A stretch of DNA of 26,747 bases. It comes from a virus. Lineage: Duplodnaviria > Caudoviricetes. Shown here piece after piece: positions 1 through 9,089 of this stretch; within the stretch, counting starts at the first letter, position 1, and each line of letters begins with the position of its first letter. The notes under the pieces were generated by a model that worked only from the letters and a program-made list of their open reading frames with translations, did no database searches and was not told the DNA's origin. Position numbers and translations under genes: made by a program. The stretch spans positions 1 through 26,747 of IMG/VR virus record IMGVR_UViG_3300021356_000138; one strand, 5' to 3'.

Positions 1-950
1 ATCCTTATGCTATCGACATATGTTTTAGTAATGTGTGCTTGTACTTCACTTGAGCTTGGTCCAGTATAGGAAATAACTCCTGTTGAACTATTGTAAGAGA
101 GTGAACCATCACCGCCATTGTCTACAGCACTAATTAAAGCTCTTACATTTGCATCCGAAGGTCCAGTGTAAGTAAACACACCTGTTGTATTATCATAGCT
201 AAAACTTCCAAGTCCGCCAGTATCATTTGCAGATAAATCTGTTAAACTTATTCCTGCTCCACTATTAGCTATCGTGAAATTAGGATAAGTACCACTTACT
301 GTTATACCTGTACCTGCAGTTAAACTAACTGTTTGGTCAGGTTGTGTATTTGTTATTGTAAAACTAGGGTATGTACCGCTAGTAGATATTCCTGAACCTG
401 CACTTAAAGATACAGTTTGATCAGGACTAGTATTTGCAATAGTTAATGTTCCATTTACATCATCATAGGTTTTACTAATACCTGTGCCTGCTACTACTAA
501 TGTATTTACTTGGTCATCTACTTTTTCTGCAGTATAATATTCATTAGATCCCTCTGTAATATTATCGGTTGTTAAACTTATATTAGCAGTACCGTCAAAA
601 CTAACACCTGCTATTGTTCTTGCTGTTTCTAATGCAGTTGCTGTATCTGCATTCCCTGTTACATCACCTGTTAGATTTCCAGTTACATTTCCAGTTATAT
701 CACCTGTAACATTACCAGTAACATTACCTGTCAAATTCCCTGTTACGTTCCCAGTTAAAGGTCCACTAAAAGCATTTGCAGTTACAGTACCAATAGCAGT
801 TAAATCACCGCCTGTATTCATACTTAGTCCAGTAGTGTTACCTGCTCCATCTGAAATAGATTGTAATGTTGCCGATAGTGTTCCGTTATCACCTACTTTT
901 AACAGCGATGTATAAGTACTACTTATTGAATTTCCAGTTAATGTCGCCAT
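1..950 (-). CDS. Tail fibre / fibre-like structural protein, 3' end truncated by the window edge (not in ORF track)
   Basis: ATG at 950; the frame appears open to the window edge (MATLTGNSISSTYTSLLKVGDNG...HITKTYVDSIR). It has TGN(V/L) tetrapeptide repeats followed by GNADTATALETARTIAGVSFDGTANI, a motif typical of phage fibres, plus further internal repeats. Confidence 0.85.
   Translation of the reverse strand, partial: MATLTGNSISSTYTSLLKVGDNGTLSATLQSISDGAGNTTGLSMNTGGDLTAIGTVTANAFSGPLTGNVTGNLTGNVTGNVTGDITGNVTGNLTGDVTGNADTATALETARTIAGVSFDGTANISLTTDNITEGSNEYYTAEKVDDQVNTLVVAGTGISKTYDDVNGTLTIANTSPDQTVSLSAGSGISTSGTYPSFTITNTQPDQTVSLTAGTGITVSGTYPNFTIANSGAGISLTDLSANDTGGLGSFSYDNTTGVFTYTGPSDANVRALISAVDNGGDGSLSYNSSTGVISYTGPSSSEVQAHITKTYVDSIR
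652..765 (-). repeat. In-frame 12-bp tandem repeat encoding about 9 x TG(N/D)(V/L/I)
   Basis: Translation LTGNVTGNLTGNVTGNVTGDITGNVTGNLTGDVTGN; the DNA units are degenerate at third codon positions. Confidence 0.9.
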
Positions 951-1026
951 TTTTGTTTAATTTATTATTTATATACTTTTTTAATTTTACTATATTTTTG
1001 TCTTTTATTTTATATCTGTTTTTCAT
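919..1026 (-). CDS. Small basic hypothetical protein, 35 aa (not in ORF track)
   Basis: MKNRYKIKDKNIVKLKKYINNKLNKNGDINWKFNK*. Its ATG overlaps the upstream stop (ATGA) and it fills the gap to the fibre gene. Confidence 0.55.
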   Translation of the reverse strand: MKNRYKIKDKNIVKLKKYINNKLNKNGDINWKFNK

Positions 1027-1523
1027 AATACCCAACCATTAAATAAATTGTCTTTGTCTGGATATACATCCTCGTTAGAGTTCGTATTATATTCTGGAAA
1101 TAAATTGTTATTAAAACTTAAATAATCAATCATTCTTCTTATATAATATTCTGCAAACTCTCTTTCTTTATTTACTAAATAATCTACTTCTGATTTAGTT
1201 ATACTTTCAGCATTTTCGCTAACGTGTTTAAATACTCCTGCATTTTTTACTTGGTATGCTGCAAATGGTAAATAATCCATCATAGCAAAATGTATTAAAG
1301 CAGGTTGTACATATTTATTCACTAATGTTAAATAATTACCTGTTAAAGTATCATCAGTAATTTTAGTTTCTATTGCTTCATATAGTTTAGTACCTAAGAA
1401 ATTTTGTATATGTATTTCTTGTGCTAATTTGATATAAGGCAATAACTTGTCTACATCTACATTACCATCTAGTATTGTATTCTTTTTTAAATCCTGTACT
1501 TTTATAAATAATACTTGTGCCAT
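1023..1523 (-). CDS. Putative head-tail adaptor/connector protein
   Basis: 166 aa, largely helical, directly downstream of the portal. The AQEIHIQNFLGTKLYE and FPEY motifs resemble Bacteroidota phage connector proteins. Confidence 0.6.
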   Translation of the reverse strand: MAQVLFIKVQDLKKNTILDGNVDVDKLLPYIKLAQEIHIQNFLGTKLYEAIETKITDDTLTGNYLTLVNKYVQPALIHFAMMDYLPFAAYQVKNAGVFKHVSENAESITKSEVDYLVNKEREFAEYYIRRMIDYLSFNNNLFPEYNTNSNEDVYPDKDNLFNGWVL

Positions 1524-1525
1524 TA

Positions 1526-3301
1526 CTAAAATGCTTTACCTTTCGGTGTTGTAAAATCTTTTTTCTTTTTAAAACCTCTGTTCTTCATATCTCTAGGTCT
1601 TTTAGCTACTTTAGGGTCATTAGTTTCTGGTTTAAAACCTTGCTTTTTAGCTTCGTTTACACTAATTTCTGATCTAGGGTTTTTAGCATCAGGTGTAACT
1701 GTTTTAGCCATATATACTCTACGTTCCCAAAAATGTCTACAAGAACCACCGCCTTTATATAACCATATATCATATGTATTAGCGCCATCAGGTCCCCAAC
1801 CTGGATTAACAGATTTGCTACTCATAGCAATAATATCTTCTTTACGATATACTTTTTTAGCAGCTACCATTTTATTACAAAATTCTCTACTGCTACCATC
1901 AGATTCTAAAGGTGCATATTGATATCTTACTTTATATTTAAAACCTTCTTTATTTTCTCCGTCTTGACCACTTTTAGCATTTGACTTAGCACTACCTGTA
2001 CTAGCTAATTCTAACTTTTGATTTAACTCATCATCTTTTTCATAATCTACAGGCGCTGATTCTATTAATTCCCAATTATCTAAATCTTCATCTTCACCTA
2101 AATCTAATAGTTCTTGTAAATCAGTTTTATCGCTAGATAGTTCTGCTTTATCTTCTAAGTCAACACCAGTTTCTTCTTCTCTAGTTTCATCATCTACTAA
2201 ATTACCTTCTAAATCAGTAAACTCTAATGGTTGAAGTGTTTTAAAGTATAAGTTAAGCGATACATTATTAAATGCTAAAATAGCATCTAAAGCATCTAAT
2301 ATATATTCTTGTTGTACTCTAATAACCATATTATCAAATAATATACTAGCTTGTTTTAATTCATCAGCATTACTACCTAAACCATTATTACCTGTTCTAA
2401 TACCTAATAATAAAGGTGATGATAATCTGTGTCCTACTAATATTTTATTAGTTGCTTCGTCACTTAAAAATTGATACTGATTATGTGCGTCTGACAGTTG
2501 TACTGGATCTATAGTAGCTGCACTTTCTTGATTGTCATTAAATGCTAATATAAATTTACCTGCATTACTGCTTCCGCTAAACTTATCGTATATTCTTTTT
2601 TCTATTAGTTCTCTAGCTTCTTCATCTGGCGTACCATTGTTAAAGTTAATTAACATACTAGGTGCCATTCCGTTTTGTATATTATTAATATGATAGTTTG
2701 CTACCTCTGCTTCTAATTCACAGTATGGTAAAGCTCCTTGATATGTTACAGGTGTATAATAAAAATAACCTGCTCTATATGGTTTAATACAAAGTATTTC
2801 TATTGCATTATTACCGCTACCAAATGCTGGTATTCTAGTTAGTTTATCTCTGTTTGTGTATTTGCTCCAATCGTGAAAATAATAATACCCTTTTATATCA
2901 CCTTTTTTATCTGCTTTTTCAGCACGTAATGTTTGTACTGGAAAATGTTCTACTTTTACTATTTTACTTCTATCTACATTATAATAAACTTGCAGTGTAG
3001 CTTGACCTAATAAATAAAAATCAGAACATATCTTTTTAAGATCATCTTTAGTAAAAAGTGTTACCGCTTCTGCATATTCCATAGGTTTTTTATCGCTATT
3101 AGTTGCGCCTAAACCTTTACCATATATCATTTCTGTAATACCATTAATAATTGCGTTATTAGTTGGACTACCTTGATATTGGTCTATTAAATATTGATAA
3201 TAGTTATTATCTTCACCATATGATACAAAATCTTTATTCTTTTCCTCTGTTATCTTAGGTGCTGTATATGTGCTTAAATTTACTACTCTAATATTACTCA
3301 T
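1526..3301 (-). CDS. Portal protein with C-terminal extension
   Basis: Motifs YGEDNNY, SPTNNAII, NNIQNGMAPSMLINFNNG, KFSGSSNAGKFILAF and ILVGHRLSSPLLLGI are characteristic of this portal type. An acidic linker leads to a Cys/His-containing C-terminal domain. Confidence 0.85.
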   Translation of the reverse strand: MSNIRVVNLSTYTAPKITEEKNKDFVSYGEDNNYYQYLIDQYQGSPTNNAIINGITEMIYGKGLGATNSDKKPMEYAEAVTLFTKDDLKKICSDFYLLGQATLQVYYNVDRSKIVKVEHFPVQTLRAEKADKKGDIKGYYYFHDWSKYTNRDKLTRIPAFGSGNNAIEILCIKPYRAGYFYYTPVTYQGALPYCELEAEVANYHINNIQNGMAPSMLINFNNGTPDEEARELIEKRIYDKFSGSSNAGKFILAFNDNQESAATIDPVQLSDAHNQYQFLSDEATNKILVGHRLSSPLLLGIRTGNNGLGSNADELKQASILFDNMVIRVQQEYILDALDAILAFNNVSLNLYFKTLQPLEFTDLEGNLVDDETREEETGVDLEDKAELSSDKTDLQELLDLGEDEDLDNWELIESAPVDYEKDDELNQKLELASTGSAKSNAKSGQDGENKEGFKYKVRYQYAPLESDGSSREFCNKMVAAKKVYRKEDIIAMSSKSVNPGWGPDGANTYDIWLYKGGGSCRHFWERRVYMAKTVTPDAKNPRSEISVNEAKKQGFKPETNDPKVAKRPRDMKNRGFKKKKDFTTPKGKAF

Positions 3302-3732
3302 TAGTTTATTATTATATAATCATCATCAGGATAATTAGTTGTTTGTGTGTATTCTCCGCTATTAATAGTATAATAGTTATTCTCTGCTTGATTTATAGTT
3401 TGGTCAGTACAAAATATTTTATCTAAATAAATAGTTTCTTCAGATGTTGTTATACTTTCCCAATTATCGCTAGCAGCTTCCCATATTACATTATAAGTGT
3501 TCCATAAAGCGCCTATACCTTGTAATATTTTTAAATCATAAAATCTACCTTCTTTTAAACTAAATGTAGTAGATATTGATGCGTTATCGTTTGCTCTTGT
3601 TAGTGTTACGCTTTCTGTTCTTGTTGTGGTATTAGTACTATTATCTCTAATAGATACAATAACTTCTGACGGATATGCTCTCGGTGCAAAAGTTAAAGTT
3701 TGTGCTGAAGTACTAGTTGTTAAAATCTTCAT
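3301..3732 (-). CDS. Hypothetical virion structural protein
   Basis: 143 aa, beta-rich, between tail tube and portal; TAATG-coupled to the portal; preceded by the late-promoter motif. Confidence 0.6.
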   Translation of the reverse strand: MKILTTSTSAQTLTFAPRAYPSEVIVSIRDNSTNTTTRTESVTLTRANDNASISTTFSLKEGRFYDLKILQGIGALWNTYNVIWEAASDNWESITTSEETIYLDKIFCTDQTINQAENNYYTINSGEYTQTTNYPDDDYIIIN

Positions 3733-3735
3733 ACA

Positions 3736-3762
3736 TATATAATAAAAAAAAATATATTTTTT
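3736..3762 (-). promoter_or_regulatory. Putative phage late promoter (A-tract ... TATTATATA-N3-ATG)
   Basis: TATTATATA at 3744-3736, 3 nt before ATG 3732; A6 tract at 3762-3757. Confidence 0.6.
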
Positions 3763-3769
3763 ATATAAT

Positions 3770-3797
3770 AAAAAAGGGAAGTTAAAAACTCCCCTTT
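3770..3797 (-). terminator. Intrinsic terminator after tail tube gene
   Basis: - strand AAAGGGGAGTT-TTT-AACTTCCCTTT hairpin running into a U tract. Confidence 0.75.
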
Positions 3798-3822
3798 AAA
3801 AACACACAAAAACAAAAAACTG

Positions 3823-4395
3823 TTATGAAGTTGGATTAATTTGTGTTCCACTCGCTAACGCAGTAATTACCGATCCTGTTACGAATAACGGTGGTATAAC
3901 TTCTGTAGCTGTGAATGTTAAAGTAAACCCACTCAAGTCAGAATATGCTGCTCCACTTACAATAGTACCTGCTGTAACTTCAGCTCCTTGATGGAAACCT
4001 ACCATTAAATAGTTAGCAGTACTATCAGTATCAGGATCTACTGATGCACCTGTTACTCTATTGTTATCTTCTACTACTACGTGAGGTCTAGCTGCTGCTA
4101 AAAGTTTAATTTCTTCTTGCGTAGCTACGTCTAGATGTGTAAATGTTAATTCTAGTGTTGTTTCATATACAGTTGTACCTGTATCTCTAGAACTTATAAT
4201 ATTTGTTGTTAAAGAACTAGTAGCACCTTTTAAATCGTATTCAAAAAATGATGGTGTTCCTGATAATGCAGTAATACTACCTGCAGAAATTGTTGCTGTA
4301 CCTAAAGTACCATAATCTGCAAAATATACTCTGTTTAATCCACCTACCGATTCTTTACAAGGTAACTGTCTTCCTGTTGTTAATGCACAAGCCAT
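3823..4395 (-). CDS. Putative major tail (tube) protein
   Basis: 190 aa, starting MACALTTGRQLPCKESVGG, with beta-rich pattern and C-terminal DLSGFTLTFTATE. It follows the capsid gene and is flanked by terminators, as expected for a high-copy protein. Confidence 0.7.
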   Translation of the reverse strand: MACALTTGRQLPCKESVGGLNRVYFADYGTLGTATISAGSITALSGTPSFFEYDLKGATSSLTTNIISSRDTGTTVYETTLELTFTHLDVATQEEIKLLAAARPHVVVEDNNRVTGASVDPDTDSTANYLMVGFHQGAEVTAGTIVSGAAYSDLSGFTLTFTATEVIPPLFVTGSVITALASGTQINPTS

Positions 4396-4410
4396 AATTT
4401 ATTTTATTTT

Positions 4411-4449
4411 AAAAAAAAAGGGTGGTAGTCTATGCCACCTACCCTTTTT
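4411..4449 (-). terminator. Intrinsic (bulged, possibly bidirectional) terminator after major capsid gene
   Basis: - strand AAAAAGGGT-A-GGTGG-CATAGA-CTACC-ACCC-T9. Confidence 0.8.
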
Positions 4450-4470
4450 ATGTTATACAATTATTTTTAA

Positions 4471-5406
4471 TTACGCTGTAGCGTATAATACAATGTCACC
4501 ACCGATTGCGTGCTGAATACCTGCTGTAAATCTCATTATAACTCTTACATTTTGAGATCCATCTAGGTCTGCCATATCAATTACCTTAACTTCGTTTTGG
4601 TCTGACATTAATCCAGTTCCAAAGAATAGGTTACTTGCTTGAGCTGCAACAGCATCGTTGTCTGAAAGTCCAGGAGCGTTAACTACCTTAATTCCATCAA
4701 ACGATAATGCGTTACCCATATTGTACCATTGAGTACCTTGAGCGTTAGTACCAGCTGCTCCTAATCCTGATGCACCAAATCCACCTAATGCTCTAATATA
4801 GTTTCTGTACATATTAGATGGTAAGTAGATAGTTAAATCTTCTGCACCATATACAGCAGTTGGGATAGCATCAGCTATTTTACCTAATTCTTCGATTACG
4901 TTAGCAGAAGTAGAAGCTGTACCTGTTACATCGTTTACGTCACCATCAGCACCTAAAGTAGTGATGAATCCATCAAATTGTCCTTCAGTTGCGTTAGTAC
5001 CAGTCCAAATGTTTTGCTCCATTCTTTGTGCTACTTTATCTGCTACGTGAGCAATTAAAAAGTCACTAAACTTAGGAGGTAAGTTATCAAATGCAGAATA
5101 TCCCATTTGTACTGCTTCCCAGTCAGATCTAAAGTCTTTTTTACATAACTCTAAGTTTACTTGGAATTCTTCTGGTTGTAGAATTCTTTCAGTTAAAGTT
5201 AAAGTTGAAGTATCTGTAAAGTCACAAGTTGCATTCTTAACGATTGCATCAGTTGCCACTTTTTTCATTACTTGTTTATATTTAACATTAGGTACAGTTG
5301 TAATGTTACCTTCTGCTAATGTTTTACCAGATAATAGAGCAGCTGAAATATACTTCCCTGCAAATTCTCCAGCATACGTTGTTGTTATTGAAGTTGTTGT
5401 TGCCAT
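4471..5406 (-). CDS. Major capsid protein
   Basis: 311 aa; TTYAGEFAGKYISAALLSG, LTERILQPEEFQVNLELCKKDF and DLDGSQNVRVIMRFTAG match the Flavobacteria-phage capsid family. It follows protease and scaffold and ends at a terminator. Confidence 0.88.
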   Translation of the reverse strand: MATTTSITTTYAGEFAGKYISAALLSGKTLAEGNITTVPNVKYKQVMKKVATDAIVKNATCDFTDTSTLTLTERILQPEEFQVNLELCKKDFRSDWEAVQMGYSAFDNLPPKFSDFLIAHVADKVAQRMEQNIWTGTNATEGQFDGFITTLGADGDVNDVTGTASTSANVIEELGKIADAIPTAVYGAEDLTIYLPSNMYRNYIRALGGFGASGLGAAGTNAQGTQWYNMGNALSFDGIKVVNAPGLSDNDAVAAQASNLFFGTGLMSDQNEVKVIDMADLDGSQNVRVIMRFTAGIQHAIGGDIVLYATA

Positions 5407-5413
5407 TATTTAT

Positions 5414-6040
5414 TTAATTATTGTTAGAAATTGCTTGTAACACTCTACCATACGTAGTGTTTTGATTTGAGTTGATTGCAAACCTTGCACCTAATTTTTC
5501 TTCAACGTTTTCAGGTGAATGTTTGATTCCTTCTGCCGCAGGCTTAGAAAGTTCTTCTTGCTGCTGTGACATTTCCTCTTTTTCCTTATCGCCTGATATA
5601 GCATCGATAAGTTCTTTGATTTGCCCTTTTACTTCTTCAACAGATTCTGCTAAAGCTGTAAGCTCATCTTTAGTAGCGTAGTTCAATTCTTTTTCTTCTT
5701 CTTGAACTGGCGCTTCTTCTAGGTTAGTATCTTCTGCTGCTAATTCTGCAGTTTCTTCTACTACCTCATCTGAATTTTTGATATCTTCTATCATACCTTC
5801 TGTTTTAACGATTAATATTCTATTGTCCGATAGTTCGTACTCACCAATTGGCAAGGGTACGTTCTGATCCTCTGTCTTAATAAATACTTCGCTACCTGAT
5901 TCAAATTTATCAGCTGTAAGCACAGTACCATTTTCGAGAGTTATTTCTTCTAAAGAAATTTGTTCTAATTGTACATCAAGATCACTCGGTTCAACACCAA
6001 GTAAGGTCTTGACCTTTGATAATATCTCTGTAGCATTCAT
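5414..6040 (-). CDS. Putative capsid scaffolding protein
   Basis: 208 aa, very acidic, with a coiled-coil C-terminal half, immediately upstream of the capsid gene. Confidence 0.7.
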   Translation of the reverse strand: MNATEILSKVKTLLGVEPSDLDVQLEQISLEEITLENGTVLTADKFESGSEVFIKTEDQNVPLPIGEYELSDNRILIVKTEGMIEDIKNSDEVVEETAELAAEDTNLEEAPVQEEEKELNYATKDELTALAESVEEVKGQIKELIDAISGDKEKEEMSQQQEELSKPAAEGIKHSPENVEEKLGARFAINSNQNTTYGRVLQAISNNN

Positions 6041-6043
6041 AAC

Positions 6044-6070
6044 TATATAATAAATACCACTATTTTTTTT
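6044..6070 (-). promoter_or_regulatory. Putative phage late promoter
   Basis: TATTATATA at 6052-6044, 3 nt before ATG 6040; A8 tract at 6070-6063. Confidence 0.6.
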
Positions 6071-6091
6071 ATATTTTGTATTGAAGTATTT

Positions 6092-6235
6092 TTAAATACG
6101 ACCTATTCCTTGCGCTTGTAATGAACCATCACAGCATTTTATACTATAAGTATTATCTTCGCATAAACAAGCTCTCCTAGAGCTTCTAGGTGATGTTCTA
6201 CTAGGTGTTTTATAATGTTTATCTTTTCTAGGCAT
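6092..6235 (-). CDS. Small basic Cys-rich protein, 47 aa (not in ORF track)
   Basis: MPRKDKHYKTPSRTSPRSSRRACLCEDNTYSIKCCDGSLQAQGIGRI*; CxC...CC motif; fills the protease-scaffold gap. Confidence 0.75.
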   Translation of the reverse strand: MPRKDKHYKTPSRTSPRSSRRACLCEDNTYSIKCCDGSLQAQGIGRI

Positions 6236-6267
6236 TATTTACAAATACAATATTCGCAGTTACACAT
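6235..6267 (-). CDS. 10-aa four-cysteine micro-ORF (MCNCEYCICK)
   Basis: ATG lies 2 nt after the protease stop, and its TAA overlaps the next ATG (TAATG). Confidence 0.45.
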   Translation of the reverse strand: MCNCEYCICK

Positions 6268-6269
6268 AT

Positions 6270-7286
6270 TTATCGTTTTATAGGGACACAGTTAGGTACT
6301 TTTCTACCATTTTTAATTTTAAACCCTATCATTTCGTATCCTGCTTGACAAGGTTCTTTTAATTCTTCTTCAATAGCTAAATCTAATTCTTTCATTTTAG
6401 CTTCTGCCCAACTTTTAGCAGACTTACCACCCCATAATAAGTAACTTATTGTACCACAAGCAGTTGTATCGCTTTCATCATAGTATTCCTCTGCTCTAGA
6501 TAGATAACTATACATTCTTTTTATAGTTTCAGTACTTATTTTCTCTTTTTTAGCTAATTGTTGCGCTCTTATTTTACCTACATCAGTTGCACACTTATTA
6601 TTTACCTTTTCGTTAAGTTCTATACCTCTTTTAGCGTTATTTGCAACAGAATCTGGATAATCGTTATAACTTTCTAGTGTAACTTCTACACCATTAACAA
6701 TATCTTTAATATTTGATAGTAAATATTCTGCTTCTGCTGTTTCTATAGCACTTAAATCATCTTTTCTATATGTAGACTTGTCTTGGAAGTACCCTTCTAT
6801 AGAAAAACCTTTTACAGCACCTGTTTTTACAAATTCTTGCCATACTTTATCAGAATTTACCTTTACAGATCCTACCCAAGTTCCTACAGGGTATTTTAAA
6901 CCATAAAAAGCAGTTTTATCTTTGTTTTGATCTTCTACTATCCAGCTTTCTACTAAACTAAGACCTTTAAGTTGCATTTGGTGTTCTAGGGTTGCATTAT
7001 TTTGGTTACCCTCCATTAAATATAACTCACTAGCTTTGCGAACTGTATCTTTACTAAAATATATATAGTATTCGCCATCTTCGTTAACTCTAAGTATAGG
7101 TTTATTAGGTATTAGTAACGCACCTAGTAATATTCTTTTTTCATCATCTACTTGCGCTAGTTTATATTCTACATCAGCGTTAAGTGTAATAAAATCTTCT
7201 TCAATAGCTGGTTTCTCTACAATAGATATAGCTTCAATACCTGAATACTCTTGTTCTTCGTCTAAAATAAGTTCTACTATCTTCAT
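6270..7286 (-). CDS. Prohead maturation protease (XkdF-like serine protease) with C-terminal accessory domain
   Basis: Motifs AISIVEKPAIE, LLIPNKPILR, ATLEH, VESWIVED, GTWVGSVKV and KGFSIEGYF; located upstream of scaffold and capsid. Confidence 0.85.
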   Translation of the reverse strand: MKIVELILDEEQEYSGIEAISIVEKPAIEEDFITLNADVEYKLAQVDDEKRILLGALLIPNKPILRVNEDGEYYIYFSKDTVRKASELYLMEGNQNNATLEHQMQLKGLSLVESWIVEDQNKDKTAFYGLKYPVGTWVGSVKVNSDKVWQEFVKTGAVKGFSIEGYFQDKSTYRKDDLSAIETAEAEYLLSNIKDIVNGVEVTLESYNDYPDSVANNAKRGIELNEKVNNKCATDVGKIRAQQLAKKEKISTETIKRMYSYLSRAEEYYDESDTTACGTISYLLWGGKSAKSWAEAKMKELDLAIEEELKEPCQAGYEMIGFKIKNGRKVPNCVPIKR

Positions 7287-7289
7287 AAT

Positions 7290-7318
7290 TATATAATATA
7301 TTTATTCTTGTTTTTTTT
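7290..7318 (-). promoter_or_regulatory. Putative phage late promoter
   Basis: TATTATATA at 7298-7290, 3 nt before ATG 7286; A8 tract at 7318-7311. Confidence 0.6.
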
Positions 7319-9089
7319 ATATTCCACTTTCGTTTATAATATTTCTATCTAATTGTTGAGCAGTTGTTACTTCTCCAGAAACTACATATGCTTTTGTTGG
7401 CGGTTGGTTGTTTAGTGTTTCAGCTATTTGATTTAATGGTGATTGTCCTACTACATTAAACGCTGGTGCTTGTGCTACTGGTGATGCCGCTGCTGCTGAT
7501 ACACCTGCTACTCCTGCTCCACCTCCAGGAACTTTTGTGCTAACTATATTTTTTACTGCGCTAAAACCTGTTGTAAGTGCTGTAGCAAACCCAATTAAAC
7601 CTAATGGAAAAAATGGTTTACTATCTAATGCTGTAGTAGCTGCTTTATATGTACTCATAATTGCTTCTGCTGTTAATGCTGCTTTAGCTGCTGCACTATT
7701 TTCATTTAATGCACCTGCTATTGCTTTTAAACCATTTTGAGCTAAAGTAAATTTCATATCAGCTAATTGTTTGTCTAATAGCTCTTCTTCTGCATTAGCT
7801 TCTGCTACTAATCTAGTTTTTTCTGCTTGTGCTTCTTTAAATGCAGCTGATTCTTTATCTAATAATCTTTCTTGTTCTGCAAATGTATCTAATGCTAATT
7901 GTTTTCTAGCTTCTGCAGATTCTTGTTGTATTCTAAGTTTTTCAAACTCGTTATCTGTTAAGTTTATTAACGATTGTCTTTCAGCTTCTTCTAAATCAAA
8001 TGTTTGTTGTAAAAGTGTAGTTTGTAGGTCTACAGATTCTTGTATTAAAGCATTTCTATTAGTTAATTGTTCAGATTCTATACCACCTATTCTTTCAGTT
8101 ACTTCTAGCAATAAGTTTTGCGCTCTAATTAATTCTTCTTGCGTTTCTATGCTATCTTCATTTAGTGCAGCTTTTGCTTCTGCTGCAGCAACTTGTAATT
8201 TAGCTAATCTAAGTTCTTCTTCGGCACCTTCTTGTAATATTTGACCTAGTTTTTCATTAGCTGCTATTCTATCTTCTATACTTTGGCTTACATCATCTCT
8301 TATTTGTCTTTGTTCTTCTGCCGCCTGTAATGTAACTAATCTTTGTTTTTCTTGCTCTGCTGCTGCTATTCTAGCTGCGTTTGCCAAATCAACAGAATTC
8401 TTTACTGATTTGGCTGTTTCAGTTACATAATCTTTTATTGCACCTGCAGCATTTGTTACTTTTTCTTTTACATCGTCAAAACTACCATCTACACCTGTAA
8501 TAACATCTACTGCTTCTTTACCAGCTGTTTTTAAATCTTCTACGGCACCTGCAAAGTCTCCTTTGAATAGTTTGCCTACAGCTTGACCTATTATACCTAA
8601 AGTTTCTTTAAACTCGTTAAATCTATCTATAATACCTTCTTTTATAGCATCTGCAAATTCTTTTATGTTTTCTATAGGATCTTCAAAAAATGCTTTTAGT
8701 GAATCTGTTACAGGACCAAAATTATTTACTACTAAATCAACAAAATCTCTAATTATTTTTTGTACAGTACCAGTTACTGTTGCAAATGCATCGGCTGCTT
8801 CTCTATTTGAATTAAAAGCCTTAGCTAAAAATTGAAATGCTTGTAAAGCTGCTGCTATTGGTATAGCTTTAAATGCAGCGCCTATACCACTTATACCTTT
8901 TCTAACTTTACTAGTGGTAGCTTGTAATCTTTTAAAACCTTTTTCAGTAGCTTTAGTTTGTTTTTTACTTTGTTTTTCTACATTTTCTATAGAACCTTTT
9001 ATTTCAGCAAACTCTTTTTGTATTGCTTCTAAATCTTTTTTAAGATCACCAACCTCTACTTCTAACTCTATTGTTTTTTTGACTGCCAT
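7317..9089 (-). CDS. Tail tape measure protein (short)
   Basis: 590 aa, Ala/Glu/Lys-rich helical coiled coil with hydrophobic segments near both ends; C-terminal KAYVVSGEVTTAQ. Confidence 0.75.
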   Translation of the reverse strand: MAVKKTIELEVEVGDLKKDLEAIQKEFAEIKGSIENVEKQSKKQTKATEKGFKRLQATTSKVRKGISGIGAAFKAIPIAAALQAFQFLAKAFNSNREAADAFATVTGTVQKIIRDFVDLVVNNFGPVTDSLKAFFEDPIENIKEFADAIKEGIIDRFNEFKETLGIIGQAVGKLFKGDFAGAVEDLKTAGKEAVDVITGVDGSFDDVKEKVTNAAGAIKDYVTETAKSVKNSVDLANAARIAAAEQEKQRLVTLQAAEEQRQIRDDVSQSIEDRIAANEKLGQILQEGAEEELRLAKLQVAAAEAKAALNEDSIETQEELIRAQNLLLEVTERIGGIESEQLTNRNALIQESVDLQTTLLQQTFDLEEAERQSLINLTDNEFEKLRIQQESAEARKQLALDTFAEQERLLDKESAAFKEAQAEKTRLVAEANAEEELLDKQLADMKFTLAQNGLKAIAGALNENSAAAKAALTAEAIMSTYKAATTALDSKPFFPLGLIGFATALTTGFSAVKNIVSTKVPGGGAGVAGVSAAAASPVAQAPAFNVVGQSPLNQIAETLNNQPPTKAYVVSGEVTTAQQLDRNIINESGI

